From assembly GCA_004764695.1 (NCBI GenBank), contig SMSO01000035.1, positions 2,170,001 to 2,234,000 of the forward strand: a stretch of 64,000 nt of DNA. The letters are read 5' to 3'. The position numbers and the translations under genes were made by a program. Positions 27,201 to 39,800 of the stretch are shown piece by piece (position 1 is the first letter of the stretch; every line of letters begins with the position of its first letter). Source of the DNA: Schizochytrium sp. TIO01. Lineage: Eukaryota > Protista > Bigyra: Labyrinthulomycetes. The notes under the pieces are model-generated. The model was not told the origin of the DNA, made no database searches, and saw nothing but the letters and a program-made list of their open reading frames with translations.

Positions 27201-28458
27201 CACTCTCTTCAAGAAAATGTCGAAGTGCAGCATCACAAGTGTTCATGACCAGATGACGCACATCAGTTGAGAAATGATCAAGTTGACTTCGTGCATGTTC
27301 TCTTTGATGCTCTTGAGCAGAGGTAAACTCTTGCAAAGTGTAAGTTTTAGCCGCTTCAATAACAAAGAGCTTCGACGAAGCAGCATTCACGCACATTCCT
27401 CGAAGCCTTAGAAGTGATGAACGCAACAACGAGTGTAAAATAAAGAGGTTCTCTGTTAGGCTGGCCTTTGCAGCATTAGTTTTCCGTGCACGCACATTGT
27501 GCTTCCACTCTTTAAATGATTTCCACATTCGATATTTATGGAAGAAACTGATCCGCGTAATTTGGGAAAACAAATAGTACTCACGTTCATACTGTTGCAT
27601 TGATACAAAATCAGTCCCTCCTCCAGGATGGTGTACGGTAACCCCATTTGCTGATACAATGTAAAAATCCTGAGCAGAAGCGCCCAAATCCCCTTTGGTT
27701 TTTGATAATGTCAGGTCATATGCAGTGCCCCCCGGCTTTTTCACAAAATATAAGAATGCACTTTCATCAACCAGAGCGGCGCACTGTGGATGTTCGGCAA
27801 TCATTCGTTCGGTAAAACTCTCATGGTTAGCTTTATATCGACGCTGTCGCGCAAGATCAGCTGTCAATTGAGCAACACTTTCTAACGTTGAATCTGTAGC
27901 CGACGGTGAAGATTGTGAGGAACAGAACTCCCGATGTTTCTCTTCATCTACTGTTCCTTCAATAATAGATCTTTGCACAGAAAGTTGTGGCACAACTGTT
28001 TGGGGTTTGCCTGCAGTGCTACGGCGTGGCGAGGCGGAGGGGTCTCGCAGGGTTCGATTACGGAAAGGGAAAACAGCATTTTTGGGTCCTGGCCCCGCCA
28101 AGACTGCTTGATTCATGCGAGCCTTTGAAGACCTCTCACGAGCAGGAGGGCGTGGCGAGAGCTCAGATGGGATATATTCTTGGTAGTGAGGGTGCTGATG
28201 CTGGTGTAGTGACGTTGCATCTTGCTGCAGCGCCGTAATTGCAGGGCTCCTCCCTGCACTTGCATACAGACGATTCTCTAATCTCTCACCCGGATGAGAT
28301 TGCTGTGCAATATTTTGTGCTATTTCTTCTGGTCTTGGGCTCTGCTTCACAGTACTTTGCTGTGAAGCTCCTCCAAAGACCTTTGCAGGCATTCGAAGTG
28401 CATCATCTTTCTTGCCAGTACCTTTCGAGCCAGTGCCTTTGTTGTGAGTGGTGTCCAT
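15286..28458 (-). CDS. DNAH6: Axonemal inner-arm dynein heavy chain, DNAH6-like (~4390 aa after restoring three single-base deletions)
   Basis: ORFs 23065..28458, 22862..23107, 19503..22928 and 15286..19515 tile one dynein. Motifs seen: linker FARFYFLSNDELLEIL; AAA1 GPAGTGKT/CLDEFNR; AAA2 GPTGGGK(T); AAA3 GVTGTGKT with YGAQPPIELLRQFLDFGGFYDREKLF (DNAH6-type); AAA4 GVGGSGKQS; stalk; AAA5 WPLMIDPQ; AAA6; C-terminal YACPVYKT...STNFV. Frames join by adding one base at 23178-23180, 22976-22979 and 19570-19574. No introns are needed. Confidence 0.95.
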
Positions 28459-29509
28459 TGGAGGCTATTGTGATCTGGACAATATTCGTCTTCAATCCCC
28501 AAGGATGAGCCAAACCCAAGAGGCGACTGCTCAGCCTCTGTGAAGCCTGCAAAATATAAGGTTGCTCCAGCACCGTCTCTAACTCAAAGTCTACAGCCAC
28601 AGTCTCCAGCAGGGGCTTCCGTCTTCAATCTTGCTTTGGGTCACTGAGTTGACTCAAGCCTCTCGCCCAAGTCCACCAATCTGATCTACGCTACACACAG
28701 ACAAGTCCTTTTCAGACTCTCTGCGCGATGTTTTGTTGCCGCTGGTGCTGAAGTTGCTGGTACCTAGCCTAATAAGTCTCAAGTATTGTTAATATACACA
28801 CGAAGACACGAAGGCAAGCTCAATAGCCTTTCTGCTGAAGAGCAGATAGACAAATGGCTTTGAATGGCGCTTTAACACAACCTACTGTACCAAGTATTGC
28901 TGCCGCATATGATCACGTTGTACAGTAGCGCTAATAACCTGCGGTGGCAGCCTAGGTTTGTTTTCTTCCACAGCTTTCCGAAAAGTTATACTTCGAACGA
29001 GTTTACCTCGCAGCAGCGTATGGTCGCCCCTTCTGATTTCCCAAAAGCTTGAAATTAATTCCTTCGCACGCGCTTACGCTCCAAAGAAACCACGCATCAA
29101 ACAGTAAACATCTACACGCTCGCCTTCATCGTAGGCACACCCGCAATTCGCAATTCCTGCCAACGGTCACCTTGTTCCCTGTGTTACCACGGTCACCTGT
29201 GACAATAGGGGAACCCGCCCCCTTTCTTTCGTTGTAGGACTACTATTATACATCTACATGATACGCTTAGGAGGTGACATCAACTTTATTATAAAAATAT
29301 CCGACACAGTATAAAGATAGGGCCGAGTACATCATAGATTAATCGATGATGCTGCACTGGTAGTCTTAGTTTAGCAATAGAAGCAGGTGAATAGGAAGAC
29401 CTCCTTCAAAACAATGCTTCTTCTAAGTACAAACATAGCTACGCATCAGTACCTAACTCTTTCTATAAGAACTGCAAAAAATTTTGCTCATTTTCATTTC
29501 CTTTGTTCA

Positions 29510-29565
29510 TTTGTTTGTTTGTTTGTTTGTTTGTTTGTTTATTTGTTTGTTTGTTTGTTTGTTTG
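29510..29565. repeat. (TTTG)n microsatellite
   Basis: About 14 TTTG units with one TTTA variant. Confidence 0.95.
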
Positions 29566-29973
29566 ACCTATGTTTGTTTTGGAAAATCCAAATCATGGCA
29601 TGTAGGAACACGAAGAAGTACCGGAACTTGCAGCCCTTTTCTTTCAAGTCAGCTTGAATAAGCCCAGCTTCGACGTTGCGACCACCCGCTGTCTCCTCCT
29701 CCTCAAGTTCTTACGAGAATGACGCCAACATTAGAATCGATCGACGTGATCCGCTTTTATATCCTATACTTTAGAATAGTATTGCTAGCAGCTATTTACA
29801 TAGTACTTTAAGTTTTCATTATATGTATATGTATATTTAAAAAAATCAATTGTAATTTAAAAATTGTTTTAATATCATATGATGTATGCAAATATGGTAC
29901 AAAGTTGTAGTAAATAAAGTAATAATTTAATTAATTAGTTAATTAATTAAATAAATAAAAAGAGTTGAGATCA

Positions 29974-30909
29974 ATGCGTGGGAAGTCGTAGGAGGAGATT
30001 TCAGAGACTTCCCTCGGGTCCGCGATGCTTCGTGCCGAAGCGCGTTCTGTGATCCGTCGTTTCGCCGCATAACAAAGCTGAAGCTTCGTCGACCCTCTGT
30101 GCCCATTCTCGCAGTCATCGATGCCCACTTTCACAGAAGCCTGAGCCGAGTTCGAGGTTGAAGCAATTGATCGCTTCGCAGATATTGCAATTCGCAATAA
30201 ACAGCGGACAGAGAGCGGGTTGAGGATGACTGAGCAGAGATCGATTACTTTTGCCCAAGATGAAGATAGTTGATTTTAGGCACCTTCGTTTAGATTGTGC
30301 ATGTTTGCATCTGTAGAGGCTGCGCTCGAATGGACTTGTGGGCAGATGCATACGCCGCGGAGAAAGAGAATGTACAGGTATGTATGCCTACAAATTGCGA
30401 AGAATGAGGTCGGTCTTGATTGCGCAGGAGTCATTCCTTTTGCATTGGCCAGTTTATCTGTGCGGGTTGAAAGGCTAGGTACCTCTGGTTTTGTGTGTGA
30501 TGGTTTCCCCTCTCGATCGATCGAATGGGGGCAATGTGCTCACCTGATCACTGATGAATTGAAAATTGAGAGCTGCGATGGACCTGAGACATGGCATCCT
30601 CCAAGGCATCGGCAACTTGGGTGGCAGCGCCGATACAGATAGAATTTGTACAAGTCAGCAATCTTTGACAAAGAGAATACGATAAAACCGGGTTCAGATT
30701 CAGAAGCATAAATGCCAGAAGTACCACCTATATTCAAGTTGGATTCCTATAAAAAAGCTGCGGCTTCTTCGTTCGTTCGTGCACTGATTCCATTACCTGA
30801 AGTTCATACACGAATCTTCATGCGCCCTGATCTTGCTCAGATGAAGAACAGCCTGTCGGCCAAAGATGGCACTGGACAGTCTTGGAAATGCATGCCTGAA
30901 AGCAATTGA
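29974..30909 (+). pseudogene. Possible decayed gene fragment, product unknown
   Basis: GC-richer island beginning at an ATG right after an AT-rich tract. ORFs 30295..30642 and 30712..30909 are in the same frame as the ATG at 29974. The 312-codon frame has 8 internal stops. No family recognised. Confidence 0.2.
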
Positions 30910-31746
30910 ACTGATCTACAGCTCGAACTCACAACTTGAGGTTTATTTTGTATTTTTCTAGTGCAGCAATCAACACAGAAACGCTAAAGCTGAATTAAGA
31001 CGACAGTACCTACTGTAAAAGAGAGAGGTCCTAGCTCTTACAAGTTATAAATTGCACACACTGCCTACGCTCTACAGTTCAATATCGAGACCACGGACCT
31101 CCAGGGCGTAGACGCTCCACGGTTTCTGACGTGCAATCGGTCGGTCTCCTGGCTCGGAGAGGGCGTATTTGCGCGGCTTCTGATCCTTTTACTTGCGGTG
31201 TTTGTCAGACAAAACTCCCTTCGGTAAACTTGGATACGACTGCTACGTTAGTACGTAATGACTACGTACGAAGCCACCCATGAGAAGAGCGAGTCATTCG
31301 AATTGACCATTCAATATTGCTGGCGTAGTATTGGCATGCGGGTGACTGCACATGAGATGTAAATAGAAGTAAACTAACTGCACCGCACTTGATTCCGGCA
31401 GCATTCTCTTTCTAGGCTGATTGCCAAATATGGTGAAGAGGTGTAAGCATTTTGAGAAAATACTTTCGAAAGGAGTTCTTTATTGAAAACTCTTTTTTTA
31501 AAATTTAGTTTTAAAAATGAAAAGAAATAGAAAAAGAAAATACTAGGAATAAATAGTATGTTTGAGTAAGCCTAATTGCCTTTTAAATTTTGATTATATG
31601 TTTCATGTTTTTCTGAAAAGTTTCCTTTCTTTCTTTTGATTCATTATGGAAATCCGCTTACGCAAGCAAACGAGCAGAAGCAATCGAACACACAACAAAT
31701 CCTGATCTTGGTGGAGGATTCTAGCTCACCAAGCAATCACCTAACT

Positions 31747-32844
31747 ATGCTGTCAAGCGCCAAGTCGGTCTTGCGTAGCGTTTTGAAAGGCCAGCTTCAA
31801 CACAGTACCCGCACTATGAGCTCGATTACAGGATCTGCATCGCGTTTAGTGAAGTTCGATAAAGTGCCAGCAGAGGCAGTGGAGTTCACCGAAGATGCCG
31901 CCTGGGAATCTGTGTCCGAGGGCGACGATGATGTTCTCATCAAGGTTCTGGCTGCTGGAATCAATATGTCTGACGTAAAGCAAGTGACAGGCCTTATGCC
32001 TTTTGTCAAGACCCCCATCATCACCGGTCGCGACTACTGTGGCATTGTGGAGCAGGGCCCTGCAGACCTCCTCGGTAAGCACGTCTTCGGCACTGGAGGT
32101 TCTCTTGGCTACTTTCGTGACGGGACACACGCACAGTTTCTTCGTGTGCCTGCTTCGCATGTTGCCATCAAGCCTGAGAGTATTTCTGTGCTTGAAGCTG
32201 GCACACTTGGAGTCCCTTTCCTTACAGCACACCTCGCTGTAGTCGACTCTGGACGCATCCAAAGTGGCGAGGTCATCGCTATTACAGGGGCTCATGGGTT
32301 TGTAGGCCAGGCTGCTCTGATGATTGCCAAAGCAAAGGGCGCTACTACCATTGCTATGGTGCGCCGCGATGGTGACGCAAGTCTCCCTTACGCTGATCAT
32401 GTAATTAACGTGAGCGGCAAAACTGATGAGGAGCTCGTGAAACAGCTCCAGGAGCTCGGGCGCCCTGGTTACCTTGGTGTCGATGTCTTTGTGGATGTTG
32501 TTGGCGGTGATATGTGCTCACTCGGTCTCAGTGCCTTGGGTAGAAAGGGCCGCCTTGCCACGATGGCAGCACCGAACCCAGCTGCTGTCACTAGCTTTAA
32601 GACGTTTGAGTTTTACCGCAAGCAAGCAACCCTCTGTGGTATCAATACCCTCGCATCCACTGATGAAGAAGTTTCGCAGTGCATGCGAGACATTGCCAAG
32701 CTCTTTGACGAAGGCAAGCTTGAGCCCTTCCCTGTTTCTGACAAAACTTTCACTTTGGACAAGTATGCTGATGCTCTTGAGTTTGTGGGCAACGCTGGTA
32801 CGAAGGATCGTGTTGCTGTCACACCCTGGCCTGAACTTATCTAA
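31747..32844 (+). CDS. MDR-superfamily NAD(P)H-dependent oxidoreductase (quinone oxidoreductase/zeta-crystallin-like, zinc-free), 365 aa, probable mitochondrial presequence
   Basis: GroES-like domain VLIKVLAAGINMSD...GRDYCGIVE; Rossmann motif ITGAHGFVGQAA; GVDVFVDVVGG. No GHE zinc motif or Cys lobe. First ATG is at 31747 (the ORF track uses TTG 31636), giving MLSSAKSVLRSVLKGQLQHSTRTMSS. Confidence 0.9.
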   Translation: MLSSAKSVLRSVLKGQLQHSTRTMSSITGSASRLVKFDKVPAEAVEFTEDAAWESVSEGDDDVLIKVLAAGINMSDVKQVTGLMPFVKTPIITGRDYCGIVEQGPADLLGKHVFGTGGSLGYFRDGTHAQFLRVPASHVAIKPESISVLEAGTLGVPFLTAHLAVVDSGRIQSGEVIAITGAHGFVGQAALMIAKAKGATTIAMVRRDGDASLPYADHVINVSGKTDEELVKQLQELGRPGYLGVDVFVDVVGGDMCSLGLSALGRKGRLATMAAPNPAAVTSFKTFEFYRKQATLCGINTLASTDEEVSQCMRDIAKLFDEGKLEPFPVSDKTFTLDKYADALEFVGNAGTKDRVAVTPWPELI

Positions 32845-33867
32845 ATGTGCGAGCATACGCGTATCCACGCACACACTATATCACTTACTACATCTTAGTC
32901 AAAACCGATTGAATCAAATCTTGTTACCTAATTTCAACTGCATTCATGAGTTTCCCAGTTCTTTTTAGATATTAACTTCTCCAATAAATGCGGAACCAGC
33001 TCGGCAAGACATACGATATGAAAGTCTCACTACGAAAGTTATTCGTGTTCGTGAAAGTTATCTCTAATTACAACTTCGTCCTGCATAGCGAATTTTCACT
33101 CTGGAAAAATATCTATGAGTTCGTCCTCCAGTCCATATCTTGACCCATGTTATGCCTTTCGTTTGAATTGCCTTGAAACAGAAATGCGACCCTCATTCAA
33201 TGAGACTCTGAACAAGTGCACCTCACTTGTTTATGCAATGCTATGCTAAACCATGAGTATCATTCGCACGTGCTGCAAATAAGAAAATCGACCGAGCACT
33301 CGTAGTTGAGGAGATGGGGTTGGTACCTATGGAGTAGATAATAGGCATGAGCCACACAATCCTAAGATTTAGATGGTGGTATGTATGTACGCCTTCGTCG
33401 TATACTAGTCCTGTTCGTTGTACTAGTAAACACGATAGATTCATGCCCCGTCATATGGCCAGATTCACAAACGCAATGGCTAACACTAAGATCCAGGGAT
33501 TTCGTGAACACCGATTTGCTCTCCCTCGTTATGCTAAAGTCACTTGTCAGAAGCTCTACTTCAACTCTTTGGATTCTGATTTTCCCGTACCCGCAAAGTA
33601 TTGCTAGTGTTAACACTAGCCAATTATTAATACCTCAGCTATTCGCATTCTTCCGTTGAAAACTGTTGAGAGCCCATTCGAACTCACTCGACTCACGATT
33701 TGCGGACCGCGCAGAAAAAACAATCTCTTGGGGAGCTTCAATAGATTCGAGCTCAGGGTCTCTTGAGGAGTTTCCTCGAATCAACGCAGCAACCTCGTCC
33801 TAGGGGCTTTGAAGTTCTCGTTGGAGTTTCTGACAGCGGCCTGGTACTGATCTGTCATTCAAGTGGC

Positions 33868-36800
33868 ATGACGCGGTGCAGCATCTTTGAAAGTCACGGC
33901 ATTGGAGCTTGTGAAGATTCCATGCAAGGACTCAAAGTTGATAGCAGTCGAAGGCGACGAAGAAGAAGCAGTATGGCAACAGTAGCAACTCGAATGATGG
34001 CTTTGAAAACCCTCTGCATCGTCTTTGGACTGCTCAAATACGCTGGGCTGGCCACCGGAGAGACTAGCTTCTCAACACATGTACCTTATACAAATCCTTT
34101 TCAAGTCGAAGTTGGTGAGGAGATTTATATTTCAGATCTCTCCCTTCGGCGTCTTCAAGAAGCTAAACCATGGGAAGCACGCGTAAATGTATGGGCGAGC
34201 GTGGACCATGGCGACCTTTTGTTGAGGTGCCGAGATAACCTTGTACCCGTGGTTGGGTCATCAACCTTCACAAGTTTAGCACGATGGAATCACAGTCTGG
34301 CTATAAGTGGAAAGTTTGAGCATGTAAACCTCGCGCTCTCTTGCCTCTTCTATCGGGCAGCAGAAGACTTTGAAGGAAGTGATCCTATCTCTTTCAGGAT
34401 AAATTTTGGAGACACCCAGGAAAACTCCACAATTAACCTTCAAGTTGCTGCTCCAGCTGACTATGCAGATCGGCCGATATTTTCATTAGCTGTCTCGCGA
34501 ATTCACACTGGTGTTGTGGAGGACACAACCGAACCTTTTCAGTTTGGGGCGTTACTCGAGCCACGTATTAAGACTCCACTGGGCGGTCGAATGACTGTGG
34601 AAGCTATATCAATATCTGGTGGATCCCTTGTTGCTACTGGAGCAACTACTGGCTTGACAAGCATTGAAGCAGAACATGTGATCTCATCGTTAACTTATAC
34701 ACCTGCAAAAAACTATTTTGGTGAAGATGTTATTCAGGTGAACCTTACAAACGAGGCTTCTGGACTTCATAGCCTGCGTTTTGTAATCTTGCATGTCGAA
34801 CCAGAAAATGATCCTCCTGAAATCAATATTGATACCGAGCTGATCACATCAACTGCGTTACATTTTCGCGTAAATCAAGCAACTGTTGTTGGACGCTATC
34901 AAACCAGGGACCTGTTATCTATTGTGGATGTAGATTCATATCGTGGAGAGGAATTTCGTTTTGGTATTCGTGCACCACCCGAGGCAGTTCGATTCTCCTG
35001 GTTGAGTGGAGTCACTATAGACACAATTAATAATACTATGGGATCTGATGATACTGAAACTATCGTCCAAGGAAGGCTGGAGGCTCTCAACGCTCTTTTG
35101 CGAGGTCTCATACTCACTCCACCAAGTGGACCAACTTTGAGCATTTGGCTGTGGGCAGAAGATGGCTTGCATGCACGTTCAAACTTGCAAAAGCTGACAT
35201 TTCAAGTCGATGTTTCATCGCTAGATGTGTCATTGAGTTATGCATCTCATGCTCCGATGAGTTTTCACATGAATGAGGGGGAAACTTTAAGGTTGTCATC
35301 TCTGCAGATGGTGATTCAAACGCACAATAGCGAAGATTCAGTGCACATACAGATTAGTGCTACTCCAGGAACTGGTACTTTTGATCTTGTAGAAGGTGAA
35401 CAACTACCTTATTGGCTTCGACGCGAGGGACTACAGACTTCAAATATTTCATTACATGGTTCAATTGAAGACATCAACGAAGGCATACAACGGCTTCAGT
35501 TTGTAACAGCACTAGGATGGAATAGTGTAAAATTTACCTCCACAGCTACGATTGAAGTTATTGCGAAGATTGAAGAAGAGACTCCGAGAAGCTCTCTCTT
35601 TGCGCAAGTCTTTGTCATGCCTTCAATCGACCCACCGTCTCTAGATTTTTTGTTTCTGCCCATCAATCAAAACATATCCACGTCTTTGCAGCTTGACGGG
35701 GCGCCTATGCAAATTCCTCTTCAATGCAAATTTTCGATTGCAGGTGTATCTCATGCTGAAGCTGTTTTGACAATACCTGTTGAAGCATGCGCGAATATTG
35801 AATTAGCTACGTTTCCTACAGGCTTATATCAGACATACAGGAGCGATGTAGAGATGAAAATCCTTATAATTCAGGGTGATCTAGAGCGTGTCAAGGATGC
35901 ATTGACAAAGCTAATCATTGTTCCTATGCGCTTGGATGAATGTGATGCAATGAATTCTGGCTCTGCTGAATCATTTTTTGACCTTCAAGGGTATGTGAGA
36001 CAGGGTGAACACGTCTCAGATGTGCTTCACCTTCGCGTTCGGATGAGCCCACCTTCACTGCGCATTTTTTTGGTGTCTACGTCTTCTATATTGTCTGTCT
36101 CGTCTAGCACGGCTCCCAATATGGACAATGCAAGCCTCACACTTTCTCCAAATGTTCTCCAGCTACAGACATACCCCGAAGATCCTGACCCTGTTGTCTT
36201 GCGTCAGCAGCAATACACGCTTTGGTTGCAAGCCCGTCTCGGGGAACTTACTACATCTCGGACACCAACTGATGTTGTAACTATTTCAAGCGACAATGGT
36301 AGGTCTCTTGTGATAAAGACATCAAGTTTTGCGACTCTTCAAGCAGTTCTCGCGAACACTCTTTACACTCCTTATGCTGACGTTTCGGGCCTAGAGGAGA
36401 TTCTGGCAGAGTTGCACATTGTGAAGAATGGCGAAGCTTCCAGCCGGCGAGTTAGTGAAGCCTACATTCCTGTGAAAGTTGATGCAGATGAGGATACAAT
36501 TCGCCTATCGTGGGTTCCGGTCTCAAATGAGCTTGTCGAGCTGAGTCGGATAGACCAGGGATGGAACATGCTCGCAAGTCTACAAGGTCTTTCACTCTCA
36601 ACTCGGCGCCCCCTCTCTGATCGCATCACGATGCGCTTTGAGCCACTCAGCAGTCGGTATGAAGTTAAATATGCCGGTTTTCGCATTGTGCCGAGTGCCA
36701 GGCACGGGCTTGCGCAAAATCCCAATACTCATGCTGTACATGGTACTCTTGAGGATGTTGTTTTTGCACTTGAAGAGAACTTGTTGATGGCAAACGTCTC

Positions 36801-39800
36801 AATAGCAAGTAGCAAACTTCCTCTTAGAATGTCATTCTCATTAACGTTAATCGTGTCAGAGTTTGATTCAGAGGAAAATGTCATTGCATCTCTTCCTTTG
36901 ATTTTTAGTAATGTTGACCTGCCACCGGGACACAAGCGGCTATTACCTATTACAATTCTTCTGGATGGTTTTGCAGAACCATTTGCAAATCTGATTGCTA
37001 ACCCACTCCGCATGGATGCTGAGGAAGGTACACAGGTGAGCCTACAACTGCCTTTGCTTCATGTACAAGCGTGGGACGAATCGCAGGCAGGCCATTTAAG
37101 ACTTCAAGCACTTTATGGCAGCTTATTGATTGAAGAGCAAGAGGGTAGTATGCCTCAGAATACCCTGGACAAATTCGAGACTGTTTCTTCGCTAAATGCT
37201 TGGTTGGCTCAAGGCCTTTACTATTTTCCACCAAGTCCAGATTTTGAAGGAGAAGATATTATTGATTTGGCAATATCAGGAAAAGACGGGAAGAACCTCT
37301 ATACAACGAGAATTCCTGTCTTTGTTGGAAGCTTTGTGCTGGGGGTCTCTCCTGAATTATCGCAACGAGCAGATACTGCAAAGCTCACGAAAAGTCAAGA
37401 TATCATTCAAATAACATATGACGCAAACAGTCAGGCAGATTCTTTCCCTGTATTCCAGTTAGCTGGTTTAAAAATCACTGAGGGAACTGTCAGGACGACT
37501 TATGAGATTAAGATTGAGGTATCTGAAGGAAGTGTTAGCTTCCCTTATAAAGCTGGCCTAGCAATTGATCAAAGTGGTCTTTTCTTGCGGGGCTATCGAG
37601 ATAAACTCAATGATGCGTTGGAAAGAGCTCAATACTGGCCGGATCTGAGTCTTGCAAGTGAAGACATCAAAATATTTATTGAGCTAACTCGAGTTGCGGC
37701 ACACTCGAGCATGCATAACAGTGTTGACCTTGCTGTGGCTGCGAAAATACCTCCTTCTACGCGTTTCTCCAATAATCCAGCATTCTTGGAATGGAGTCTC
37801 CTAGGAACCTTTCAACGAAAGGATGAAACCACATCATATCTACGAGGAATGGAAGGTTCAACTCTTTCATTCACAGATCTTGGCTGGGAGTATGTAACAA
37901 CTGCTGAAAGTGAATTCAACGTGATCGAATTGTACATTGTAGCCTCCCAAGGCAGGGTTCAAGTACGGGGTGAAGTCGACTCGAGCATTCATCGTGCCAT
38001 CCCCTCAGGCTCCATTGCAGGTACACTTCAATATCAACAGGTAGCTCGTGACGTTCAGTCTCTTTTGGCTCAAATTGAAATTGTACTTCCCAACCAATGG
38101 AACAGTGAAACATCAGGCAGCCCCTGCTTATTAACTGTTACTTTGGCCGAGTCGTCGCAAAATATCCGTAGCCAGCCGCTGGTAATTCCAATTCACGTCA
38201 TACCAACGCCTTCTGAACCTCAGCTTTCAGGAAACCTTGCTCTAAACGCCAACTCGAAAATTGTATCAGCTAAAAACCTGCGTCTAGAAGGATGGAAGGG
38301 ATATACAGTGGGTCAGCTTCTAGATTTATCTTTCAATGTCACGGGAGGAGATCTCCAGGCGCCCACAAAGACATCTTACTTGGCAATACCGGACCTACGG
38401 TTGCTCCATTCTAATCTTCAGGCAATTCGTATTCTTGTGTCCGGGTTGAATCAAGATATACTTTTGAATGTTTTAATTACAGATCATGACGATGGATCCT
38501 TAATTTGCCAGAATAGCTTCACGTTTTCACAAGTGCAGGCTACAGCACAAGCAGTCATAAGGGTCTATGATCGAGCCCTTTATGTTCCAAAGTCTCAGCA
38601 AACGAAGTTGCAAAACGTAACTTTAATGTTTGAGAGTGAAATGCCATCTATTGTTTTGGCGCTTCATCTGGAGGTGTATCAGGGAGAACTATCGTTCAAT
38701 GCATCAAATAATGCACATACTCGCTGTGAACAAAGAAAGAATGACCGTTTGCTTCGTTGTGTTGGAAGCTCAGAGGCCATTGTATCATTCCTTGAAAGTG
38801 AAGTTTATTACTATCCAAAGAACAACTTCCATGGCATTGATACCCTTATGATATCTGTGTATACTACTTCATTTCATGGTGCGGAAGATGGGCGTGTTCT
38901 TACAGAGGCAAATATTCCTCTACTTGTGGAAAATAGTGTCTCTTCACCCAAGCTTGACTTTCCGCCTTTAATAGAGGAAATCAATGACGTGTACCTGGAC
39001 TCAGCGTTCCGTAACGGAAAAGAGCCCTTGATTCCAATTCCCGTTCATCTTGAAGATCTTAGTGGCCAATCACCATTTGTTCGAATAAGGCTTCGCCAAG
39101 AAGGAGATAATTTACGAGGCAAATGGGAAATTAACCATTTAGCGTATCAAGCGTTGATAACAGTAGCGGATGATACAAGCGAATCGCCCGAAGCACGGTA
39201 CCTCATGCTGGAGGGTTCATTCAGAAAAATTCAGAAGGTATTAGGTTCATATCTAGTGTATCGCTTAGATACTCCTATGAATACTGGAGCTCAATCGGCA
39301 ACGTTATTTGTTGACGCGTGGTTCCATTCAGAAAGTGTTGATCCTTTGCCAAGTTTAACTGCACAACAAGCTCTGTCTATTTCTTCTCTGCAGGATCTAT
39401 ACAAAGATCGTAGTGGGTGTTTTGTAGGCTTTTCGTTGGGATGCCAGGGGCTTTGGCGTCAAGGTCAGCCAAAACTCAATGAGACAGGAATTTCATTTGC
39501 TTGGTCTTCATGGTTTACACAGCCCAAGCGGTCTACTGCTGAAATTTCTGTTGCAGTCAGTGGGGAAGGTGCCATAAAAATCGTAGTTCCAGATGAACTT
39601 CTTGAAGTTTCGTCAGTTAAATGGACGCTTGACTCCAGCGGTACCACCTTGCAACTCACTGCTGCGAGCCTAGCACTTGCCGAGCAATGGGTGCAGTTAC
39701 TGACTCTCTCTCAGAATGATCCATTATCGTACATCGTTGAGCGTCCGCAGCTTTCCATTTCTGCGCGACTTGCAGCAGAATTATCGACCAATCCGACTAT

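Noticed and set aside
1088-33317. 15-bp inverted match TAGTTGAGGAGATGG (1088-1102 vs 33303-33317)
   Set aside because: Within chance expectation for this window size; no extended homology.
33381-33659. 92-aa ORF with a signal-peptide-like start (MYVRLRRILVLFVVLV)
   Set aside because: Short, overlapped by ORFs of similar size in other frames, and without a recognisable domain; it cannot be supported without expression data.
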